IMG/VR virus record: IMGVR_UViG_3300046171_000138
DNA length: 64,000 nt
Source: a virus
Strand: one strand, 5' to 3'
Part shown: in pieces, positions 1-8,400 of the stretch
How positions within the stretch are numbered: the first letter of the stretch is position 1
Layout: each line of letters begins with the position of its first letter
The notes under the pieces: generated by a model
Told to the model about the DNA's origin: nothing
Databases searched by the model: none
Seen by the model: the letters and a program-made list of their open reading frames with translations, nothing else
Program-made: the position numbers and the translations under genes

Positions 1-1683
1 TCTGTTATTGTTTCGGTCGCCCGTGGTCATAACGGGAGTACGACTTTGTTGGTTGATGGCAAGGTAGTATTTTATCTGGAGGAGGAGCGACTGTCTCGCT
101 TTAAGTATGATGGTTCTCCTCTACTTGGTTTGCAGAAAGTATTTGATTATGTAGATCACATTGATCATCTAGTAGTCTGTCATACCCATCGTCATGGTCC
201 TGTTCTTGATTGGTCTGGCGAAGGTGCATATCAAGGATGGGTAAGAAAACTAGCTAGGAAAAGATTTGAGTTTCAGACTCACGAAATTGATACTATCCAT
301 CACGAGATGCATGCTGCATGTGGTTTCTATAACTCTGGGTTTGAAACTGCTGCTTGTGTAATTGCTGATGGTGCTGGTAGTTTCCTACAGATTGGAGAAA
401 TTGAAGATACCTGCTATGAGTTTGAAACTATTTTCAATGCATCATATCCTGGTGATTTTGATACTGTCTATAAGCATGTAGGTACAAAACAATCAATTGG
501 TATGTCGGAACCAGAAGATAACATCTTTGTTACCGAGTACCCTGGTCATACTAAAATGTATGAAGCAGTAACACAATATTGTGGATTCCCCGCCATTGAG
601 GCAGGTAAGCTCATGGGTCTTGCTCCATACGGCAACCCCAATGAAGACCTACCATCATTCTTTAATGGCGAGTGGGGTAATCGAAATCTGATTATTCCTA
701 CTTATCCTAATGCAGCAATGCTTAATGTTTCTCGTTATGATGTCCTCAAAGAGGACGTTAAGAATCATGTTCAGGGTGAGTATACGGATGTTCAAAAGGA
801 TCTCGCTTACAAGATTCAGGAACAAACTTCCGACCGTATGGTTCAGTTGATTCGCAAAGCACACGAATTGACTGGTGAAAAGAACATTGTAATTTGTGGT
901 GGTTACGGTCTCAACTGCGTTGCAAACTACAAGTATTGGAAGGAGTTTCCTGATCTCAATATCTACTGTGAGCCTATCTCACATGACGGTGGTACTTCTA
1001 TTGGTGGAGCCAAATATGTCTACAACAAACTGAAGGAAACCGAGAAACCCAGTAAGCAAGAGTCTGTTTATTATGGTCCTCAATATGATCCTACTGGTTA
1101 CGAGGCAGACCTAGAAGGTCTAGAAGTTACCGACACTTCATATGATGATGTTGCTAAACTAATTCGTGAAGGTAGCATCGTAACAATCTATCAGGGTCGT
1201 TCCGAGGGTGGTCCTCGTGCATTGGGCAACAGATCTATTCTGTTCGATCCTACTATCAAAGATGGTAAAGATCATGTCAATGCAGTCAAGCACCGTGAAT
1301 GGTTCCGACCATTTGCTTGTTCCATTAAGAAAGAAGCAGTTCATGACTGGTTTGATCTAGCAGGTCGTGATGAGACACCTCACATGATGTATGCAGTCAA
1401 GTGTCATGATGGAGTAGAAGAAAAGATTCCTTCTGTTATTCATGTTGATAACACTTGCAGAATCCAGACAGTGACTCCAGAACAGAATGAACACTATTAT
1501 AATCTCATTGATGCATTTGATAAGATTTCAGGTGTTCCTATTCTGTTCAACACTTCTTTTAATCTTGGTGGAGACCCTCTGGTCGAGACAATCGAAGATG
1601 CAGTCAACACTTTGAGTAAGAGTGATATTGAATGGATGTATCTTCCAGAAATTCAGAAACTTGTTCATGTACCAAACGAATGA
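1..1683 (+). CDS. Carbamoyltransferase (NodU/CmcH/TobZ family), 5' end truncated by window edge
   Basis: Frame is open from base 1 (SVIVSVARGHNGSTTLLVDG), so the true start lies upstream of the TTG at 46. Motifs EEERLSR, HHEMHA, DGAG, GKLMGLAPYG, GGYGLNCVAN, GPRALGNRSI, RPFA and NTSFNLGG are present. Confidence 0.92.
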   Translation, partial: SVIVSVARGHNGSTTLLVDGKVVFYLEEERLSRFKYDGSPLLGLQKVFDYVDHIDHLVVCHTHRHGPVLDWSGEGAYQGWVRKLARKRFEFQTHEIDTIHHEMHAACGFYNSGFETAACVIADGAGSFLQIGEIEDTCYEFETIFNASYPGDFDTVYKHVGTKQSIGMSEPEDNIFVTEYPGHTKMYEAVTQYCGFPAIEAGKLMGLAPYGNPNEDLPSFFNGEWGNRNLIIPTYPNAAMLNVSRYDVLKEDVKNHVQGEYTDVQKDLAYKIQEQTSDRMVQLIRKAHELTGEKNIVICGGYGLNCVANYKYWKEFPDLNIYCEPISHDGGTSIGGAKYVYNKLKETEKPSKQESVYYGPQYDPTGYEADLEGLEVTDTSYDDVAKLIREGSIVTIYQGRSEGGPRALGNRSILFDPTIKDGKDHVNAVKHREWFRPFACSIKKEAVHDWFDLAGRDETPHMMYAVKCHDGVEEKIPSVIHVDNTCRIQTVTPEQNEHYYNLIDAFDKISGVPILFNTSFNLGGDPLVETIEDAVNTLSKSDIEWMYLPEIQKLVHVPNE

Positions 1684-2078
1684 AAATATCTTTCGTAAAC
1701 GGATGTTTTGATGTGCTCCATCCTGGACACATCGAACTTCTAAAGTACGCTAGGTCTTTTGGAGACTATCTCATTGTTGCTATTGATTCCGATAGGAAGG
1801 TAGCAGAAATGAAAGGTCCCGAGAGACCTATTTTTTCGCAATTCGATAGACGGATGATGCTAGATGCCATCAGATATGTTGATGTAGTTCATGTGTTTGA
1901 TACCAGACAAGAACTAGAGGAGTTGCTGGAATCGCTTAAACCTGATACAATGGTAGTCGGTTCCGACTGGAAAGGAAAAGAAGTAGTAGGTTCACACTAT
2001 GCAAAATCAGTTCGGTTTTTTGATCGACAAGGAGACTACTCCACAACCCAAACAATTCAAGGTACTCCTTATCGGTGA
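1680..2078 (+). CDS. Heptose-1-phosphate adenylyltransferase / cytidylyltransferase-like (HldE/RfaE domain II)
   Basis: NGCFDVLHPGH (HIGH-type), AIDSD, KGPERP, VVGSDW and C-terminal YSTT. ATG at 1680 overlaps the upstream TGA (ATGA). Confidence 0.88.
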   Translation: MKISFVNGCFDVLHPGHIELLKYARSFGDYLIVAIDSDRKVAEMKGPERPIFSQFDRRMMLDAIRYVDVVHVFDTRQELEELLESLKPDTMVVGSDWKGKEVVGSHYAKSVRFFDRQGDYSTTQTIQGTPYR

Positions 2079-2784
2079 TACCTGTACCGACAAGTATGTG
2101 TATGGTACAGTCACCAGAATCAGTCCTGAAGCACCAGTACCAGTCATGGTATACGATAGGGTAGAGACTGCCAAAGGCATGGCTTATAACGTCAGAGAGA
2201 ACCTGATGTCTTTTGGTAGTGAGGTTTATATGATGACTCATGAGTCTTCTATCACAAAGACTCGTTATGTAGATTCAAAATCTAATCAACAAATTATGAG
2301 ATTGGATGAAAATGATACTGCAGAAGATTTTGGATGGGAGTTACCAGAAGAACAATTTGATGTCATGGTCATCTCTGACTACAACAAAGGATTCCTTTCC
2401 GAAGAAAAGATTCAAGAACTGGTAGACTGGTTTAAGGGTCCTGTCTTTATCGATAGTAAGAAGACTCGATTACCTAAAGAGTGTTATATTAAAGTCAATG
2501 ATCGAGAAGCACAAAAATTAGAAGGAGACTACCCCAATCTAATTGTAACTAAAGGATCACAGGGATGTACTTATGATGGTATGTCTTTTCCTGGTATTAA
2601 TGTACCTGTATTTGATGTAGCAGGTGCTGGTGATACATTTCTAGCAACATTAGTTCATTTTTATCTGCTTTTAGGAACTATTGATCGTGCTATTCCATAT
2701 GCAAATAAAGCAGCAGCAATTGCCGTCACACACTTCGGCACCTATGTCCTATCCCAAGATGATGTAAATGAAATACGTTGTTGA
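1999..2784 (+). CDS. PfkB-family heptose-7-phosphate kinase (HldE/RfaE domain I)
   Basis: VLLIGD, RISPEAPVPV, ISDYNKG, KVNDRE and DVAGAGDTF. Start uncertain (ATG 1999 or TTG 2020). Confidence 0.88.
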   Translation: MQNQFGFLIDKETTPQPKQFKVLLIGDTCTDKYVYGTVTRISPEAPVPVMVYDRVETAKGMAYNVRENLMSFGSEVYMMTHESSITKTRYVDSKSNQQIMRLDENDTAEDFGWELPEEQFDVMVISDYNKGFLSEEKIQELVDWFKGPVFIDSKKTRLPKECYIKVNDREAQKLEGDYPNLIVTKGSQGCTYDGMSFPGINVPVFDVAGAGDTFLATLVHFYLLLGTIDRAIPYANKAAAIAVTHFGTYVLSQDDVNEIRC

Positions 2785-3094
2785 TATTGATAATACTATC
2801 TGCACACCAACTGTAGGTAGAAACTATGAAGATGCTCAACCTTGGCATACCAGAATTGATAAAATAAATAAGTTGTATGATGAAGGTCATACAATAGTAT
2901 ACTTCACTGCTAGAGGAATGGGTAGGTTTGATGGAGATCCTGATGCAGCCTGGAAAGCAGCTCAACTCCTAACAGACTTAACCAGAGAACAATTAAATAC
3001 TTGGGGATGTAAGTATCACGATTTGATACTGGGAAAACCACACGCTGATTATTTTATTGACGACAAAGGAATTAATTCTAATGACTTCTTTTAA
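2768..3094 (+). CDS. Small HAD-superfamily phosphatase (capsule-biosynthesis phosphatase-like; may serve the GmhB step)
   Basis: DIDNT (DxDxT motif I), YFTAR (motif II), GKP...IDDK (motifs III/IV). Confidence 0.75.
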   Translation: MKYVVDIDNTICTPTVGRNYEDAQPWHTRIDKINKLYDEGHTIVYFTARGMGRFDGDPDAAWKAAQLLTDLTREQLNTWGCKYHDLILGKPHADYFIDDKGINSNDFF

Positions 3095-3431
3095 ACACGT
3101 ACCTAAAGGTTGGGGATACGAAAAGTGGATTGTCAATAATGACAAATACTGTGGAAAACTTTTATTCTTTGAACCAGGGAAGAAATGTTCTTGGCACTAT
3201 CATCAGTTAAAAGAAGAAACATTCTACATTCACTCGGGTAAGATACAATTAGTATATGGATATGAGGATGATTTTGCTGATGCAGATACAGTAATATTAA
3301 AACCTGGAGACAAATTTGAAGTCCCCAGGTTATTGCGTCATCAGATGTTAGGTTTAGAAGAGACGGAAATGTATGAGTTCTCTACGACACACTTTGACTC
3401 TGATTCCTATCGAGTAGTGAAAGGTGACTGA
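3081..3431 (+). CDS. Cupin-fold sugar isomerase-like protein
   Basis: KGWGYE, SWHYH..KEETF and RHQM cupin metal motifs. ATG at 3081. Confidence 0.75.
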   Translation: MTSFKHVPKGWGYEKWIVNNDKYCGKLLFFEPGKKCSWHYHQLKEETFYIHSGKIQLVYGYEDDFADADTVILKPGDKFEVPRLLRHQMLGLEETEMYEFSTTHFDSDSYRVVKGD

Positions 3432-4206
3432 TGTATGTCTCAATTGAGATGAACTCTTTGTTCTCCCACTTAAAATTAGCAACAGTATTGTATTGATACT
3501 TGTCCTTCAAATGTTCGGGGAAGGGGATCTCTTTGATCTCCGCCCCGAATTTTTTTGCGATAATTTCTGCTACCTGTCTGAATGAATAACATCTACCAGA
3601 TCCAAGATCATAGATGCCAGACTCTTCTCCATTGTTATCTACAATATCTACAACGTCATCTACCCATATAAAATCTCGGAACATCTTTTCAGATCCCTCA
3701 AAAATTTCAATCACACCTTTCTCTACTGCTTGCTCTGCAAACTTGCTTACAGGACTGCGTTGATTACCTTTGTGTTCTTCACCTAGACCATATACATTGA
3801 AGAATCTAAATCCTTGAATAAGCTCAAACCTATCAATATTTTCAGACACCCAAAGATCTACAGCAACCTTTGACTTTGCATACAGGTTGAGAGGATCTAG
3901 TCCACCATCATGCTTGTTACCATATACAGAAGCAGATGAAGCATACTTAACTGGGATGCCATGTTCGATAGCAATCTCAAATAATCTAATAGAAAATTCT
4001 ACGTTAAAGCAATTAAGTCTTTCTTCGTCAGTACATGTCGTGGAAGAGATAGCTCCCATGTGAATAATTTCATCAATGTCTTTCCATCCATGGAAGTTCT
4101 CAAGCATTGCCCATGCATTGTAATCCTCTACACCAATGAATGGTTTATGTTTTTCTGCAAACTTCTTACCAATAAATCCATTGCACCCAGTAATCAGTTT
4201 AGGCAT
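3382..4206 (-). CDS. hldD: ADP-L-glycero-D-manno-heptose 6-epimerase (HldD/RfaD-like extended SDR)
   Basis: LITGCNGFIG, HMGAISSTT, YASSASVYG, PLNLYAKSK (YxxxK), FRFFNVYG.GEEHKG and RDFIWVDD. ATG at 4206 preferred over 4239. Confidence 0.85.
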   Translation of the reverse strand: MPKLITGCNGFIGKKFAEKHKPFIGVEDYNAWAMLENFHGWKDIDEIIHMGAISSTTCTDEERLNCFNVEFSIRLFEIAIEHGIPVKYASSASVYGNKHDGGLDPLNLYAKSKVAVDLWVSENIDRFELIQGFRFFNVYGLGEEHKGNQRSPVSKFAEQAVEKGVIEIFEGSEKMFRDFIWVDDVVDIVDNNGEESGIYDLGSGRCYSFRQVAEIIAKKFGAEIKEIPFPEHLKDKYQYNTVANFKWENKEFISIETYISHLSLLDRNQSQSVS

Positions 4207-4221
4207 AGTATTGTAGACAGG

Positions 4222-4229
4222 TATAAATA
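4222..4229 (+). promoter_or_regulatory. T4-type late promoter TATAAATA
   Basis: Exact T4 late consensus 34 nt upstream of the ATG at 4263. Confidence 0.75.
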
Positions 4230-4258
4230 AGTATAACACAGAAGGACTATAGCGACAA
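4230..4258 (-). promoter_or_regulatory. sigma70-like promoter for hldD
   Basis: Minus strand reads TTGTCG-17 nt-TATACT with a TG extended -10. Confidence 0.5.
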
Positions 4259-4262
4259 CCAG

Positions 4263-4994
4263 ATGTCTAATCCCACCTTTGGATATTTAGCGTCTCTTGT
4301 AACACCCCTAAAAACGAGAGTCGCATTACACACTGCAGAAGCAGGCAAGGTCGTAGAGGGTAAACTTGTTATTACACATAAAGACCCTTATCCTGTTAGG
4401 GTTAGGATCGGTGTATCCACTGGTGGAGTTCTTGACTTCAATCCAGAAAACTACATTCTCTATGATTATGAAATTGGTGAAGGTGAAAGTTACGAAAGTG
4501 ATACGATCTACTACGGTAACAATCAGACTCTAGTTGTCTGGTCAACATGTGCGAGCACTACATTTGTCTTGCACGGTCAGATTAAAACTGACCCAACCGC
4601 TACTGGATTTGTAGCAGCAGCAATGCTGAATCCTACAAAAACAAATACTACAATCTACTCTGTACCAACAGACGAAGAAGCTCTATTGAGTTTGTTTGTT
4701 GCTAACCAAAGTTCTAGCAACGCAAGATTTAGAATTGCAGTTGTTGATTCTAGTGTTGCACCTGCGGTTACTTCAGACCAATACATTGAATACAATCAAG
4801 ATCTACTACCGAGAGTTTCTTATCAAAGAAAAGATATTAAGGTAAGAGGCGATCAAAGTATTGTAGCATACTCCGATAACCCAGATGTTTCCATTTCAGT
4901 TTATGCAAAATTTAACTACAGTGTAGTTGATACTGACTTCACAATCGGCGGTCAGTTAACTGTTGGTGGCGCAGCAATTCTGCAAGACACTTAG
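4263..4994 (+). CDS. Putative virion structural protein, N-terminal part (apparently frameshifted from 4997-5401)
   Basis: Late promoter upstream, two similar beta-rich domains, ends in G/T/V-rich fibre-like sequence. Confidence 0.6.
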   Translation: MSNPTFGYLASLVTPLKTRVALHTAEAGKVVEGKLVITHKDPYPVRVRIGVSTGGVLDFNPENYILYDYEIGEGESYESDTIYYGNNQTLVVWSTCASTTFVLHGQIKTDPTATGFVAAAMLNPTKTNTTIYSVPTDEEALLSLFVANQSSSNARFRIAVVDSSVAPAVTSDQYIEYNQDLLPRVSYQRKDIKVRGDQSIVAYSDNPDVSISVYAKFNYSVVDTDFTIGGQLTVGGAAILQDT

Positions 4995-4996
4995 AA

Positions 4997-5401
4997 GTGA
5001 GGCAGACAGCAACATTCAAAGAAACTCTGGATGCAGAAAAAGCAGTTACGATTGGCACTGATGCTGTACCAGCCAATCTGACAGTGAAAGGTGATGTTGC
5101 TGTTGGATCTGCATCCATAGCACAATCAACAGGTAACATTTCTACTCCAGGCATTCTAACAGCAAACACAATTGCAACCAGTGGTGATATTGTTGCTGGA
5201 TCCAATAAAGTAGTTTTGGATGGATCTGCAGGGGACCTTACCATGCAAGGACAATTGACTGTAGTAGGAGGATTCGCAGGTGATCTGAATCTTCTAAATA
5301 ATAAAGTAACGAATCTGGCAGATCCTGCTGCCGCAACGGACGCTGCAAATCGCAAGTACGTTGATAGTAAGGTTGTAGCATTCTCTATCGCATTAGGATA
5401 A
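4997..5401 (+). CDS. Fibre-like structural protein, C-terminal part
   Basis: LTVxG repeats and LNNKVTNLADP..TDAANRKYVD, a phage fibre trimerisation-type motif. GTG start with no clear SD. Confidence 0.6.
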   Translation: MRQTATFKETLDAEKAVTIGTDAVPANLTVKGDVAVGSASIAQSTGNISTPGILTANTIATSGDIVAGSNKVVLDGSAGDLTMQGQLTVVGGFAGDLNLLNNKVTNLADPAAATDAANRKYVDSKVVAFSIALG

Positions 5402-5415
5402 TACGGAGTTTATAA

Positions 5416-8400
5416 ATGGCAAAAAGACAAATTAGAGACTATGTATTCTCCCCAGGAATTGCTGGTGCAGGTACGCTAAAGATTCTTGACAAGGTAGATG
5501 TTGATCAAATTTTGATCATCAGTAACGCTACTAAAAACATTTTCTTATATAATTTTAGTGATCCATCACTACCAGTTTCAGTTGATTTTACATCAACAAC
5601 AGATGGATCAGATCCTGATTTTCCATACAGTAACACATTGTCTAATGGTGTAACTACCATTACATTTTTGTATGATACTTCTTCGCATTTTGCATCTGAC
5701 AAGATTCTAATTTTTGTCGAAGCAGAAGAACAGAGAACTAGACCATACGACTTCGGTACTGATGCTATCGAACGTATGAGGATGGCAACACCTCAATCGA
5801 TGCTTGACGCTGACTTTGAGTATGGCATCCAACCCACCAAGTGGCAGTCTCTTGACTTGCTACGTGGTTATCCTTCTATCTACGAAGTTCCTGGATCTGA
5901 TATCGGTATCGAAAGTGTAACGACCGATGCATCTTCTGGTTCTGGTTCAATTGGTCCTTCTAAAATTACTATTGATTCAACTCTAGATCATGGTTTGGTT
6001 GTTGGAGATCCTATCTCTATCAAAGGTCTCGATGATGCTGTTCCAGGTTTTGCTAAAGCAGAGGGTTCATTTATTATCGACTCTGTTCCATCAGCAACAC
6101 AGTTTACTTATTATGCCAAAGCAAAAGTAGGTACAACACCTGCTACTGCACTAAAATCTTCATTCACAATCCTGAAGCAAGCAGGTTTCTACACTGGCGC
6201 TGCAATCGGTACAAGCCCAACGTTTACTGTAGTAACACAGGGTGCTAGTGGTAACTTCGCAACTAGAGGATCTGCTACTCAAGGTGCTACTAAACTTGGT
6301 GTATCAGCAGTTTCTGTATTGCCACCGATTGGTGCTCCTCTTGGAGGCACAGGTATTGCAACAGGCACCCAGGTAACTGCTGTTGTTGATACTAATGCAA
6401 CACTAAACATTACTGATTCATTCACTGCTCCAGTATCTGAAATTACTTTCAATGATACTGCAAACATTGAGGTTGGTGCTGGTCTAGACAATGGAGCTGG
6501 TGAAACAGTTTTTGTTACTAATATTAATGGCAATGTAGTTACTCTATCTGCTCCATATACTGTAAATAAAACTGGTAACAGTTTTGTATCTCAACCAATT
6601 GCAGCTGCAGGTCTTAACTTTGGTAATGGTAGTGGCGCATCCTTTGATATCACAAGAACAGACGGTGCTTATAGCACCGTAATTGTAAACCCACAAAACT
6701 TTTATAATAGTGTTAACACTGGTGCATACTCTGGTCTAGGATCAGGGGCAACGTTTACCGTAGAAAGGATTGGTGGTGCATCCCCTTCATATCAGAATGT
6801 ATTCCCTGCTAATGCTGGTAGTGGATATTCTGCTACAGAAACAATTGTCATTCCTGGTTCTTCACTAGGTGGTGATGATACTACTAACGATCTTACTATT
6901 ACTATTGCTGGTGTCGATGCTTTTGGTGTCATCACATCTATCAATTTTTCAGGTACTCCATCTAATTCACAAACCCGAGCGGGTATTGATTTTGCTGTAG
7001 GAGAAGATCTGGTCATCTATGGTAATGCACTTGGTGGTACATCGCCAACAAATGATCTCAACATTCACATCACTGGTGTTACTGCTTCGGGAGGTATTGA
7101 TACATTTAATGTTACTGGTACTGCGGTTCCTTCCAGTCAAACATACAACGGTGTTGAACAGTCATCCACAACTGGATCTGGTATCAATGCTGGATTCCAA
7201 ATTGAAAGAGTTGGTGCTGGTCAGAATACTGCACAGGTAGATGAGGTCATCATTGGTGGTACAGTCGAAGTTGATGATACATTCAAGATTACTCTTAATG
7301 GTACTACAGACTTTACATACACAGCTTTAGCAGGTGATACCACTACAGCAGTTAGAAATGCATTGATTGGTTTAGTCAATGCGTCTTCAGTTGTTTATGC
7401 GGCTAGTGGATCAACTAGTGGTAGTTTAGATATTACCGCATTGTCCCCAGGAACTTCATTTACACTTTCTGTTCTTACAGAAGATGCTGGTGGTAACGCA
7501 GCTGATACACAAACAATGGTTACAAATAATGTAACCCCCAACTTCAGCGCCAGCACAACTCCTGCATACAATGTTACTATTGGAAACCCTGGTCAGAACT
7601 ATGCCAACCTAGACGACATCGTTATTAATGGTGATGTTCTTGGTGGAACAGCTGGGGTCAATGATCTAACCATTACAGTACAAACAGTTGATGCACAAGG
7701 TGGCATTACTGGTATCACTCTTGCTGGTACGCCTTGGGACGGTAATCAAACGTATATAAACTATACTGCTAACCCAACGGCATTTAATGCAACGTTCACA
7801 CCGAGAATTTCTTCGGGTAGTTATTCACCAGAAATTACTAATGGTGGTACTGGATACAAAATTGGATATCAATTCTCAATTTCTGGTGCTTCTCTAGGTG
7901 GTTCTCCAACTACAAATGACATGACGATTACCGTCAGTAATGTTGACGTTGCAGGAACTATTACAGAGGTTACGGCATCTGGTACTCCAGTTTCTGGAGA
8001 TACAATTGCATTCTTCAAAGCAGTATCTTTGAGTGCTCCTACCACAAGCACTGTAGGAAATGGAACCACAGTTACATACTCCGCTATTGCGAAGATTAAT
8101 GTAACATTTTCAACTAACCATGGTCTAGTACCTGGCGACACGATTCTGGTATCAATTACATCTAACTCTCCTGGTCATGATCTAGCATCTGGACCATTCT
8201 TTGTAGATGAAGTACCTGGTCTAGACAACTTTACTTATACAGCAAGAACAACTGGTACTGTTACCGAAAGCGGTATTGTTGGTTCTGTATATCCAAGAAC
8301 TGATTCATTCTATACACACAGACCATTTGATGGTGGTGTTCAGTTGGGTACAGGTTCTCCTGCACACGGCGCACAAGCAGTTCGTCAATCCAAGAAGTAT

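Noticed and set aside
46-48. TTG start of the carbamoyltransferase given by the ORF track
   Set aside because: The frame is open to base 1 and includes the conserved GHN motif, so the real start is outside the window.
6856-7990. Possible CRISPR or nucleotide tandem array
   Set aside because: The repeats are conserved only at protein level and are in frame, with no identical DNA repeats or spacers.
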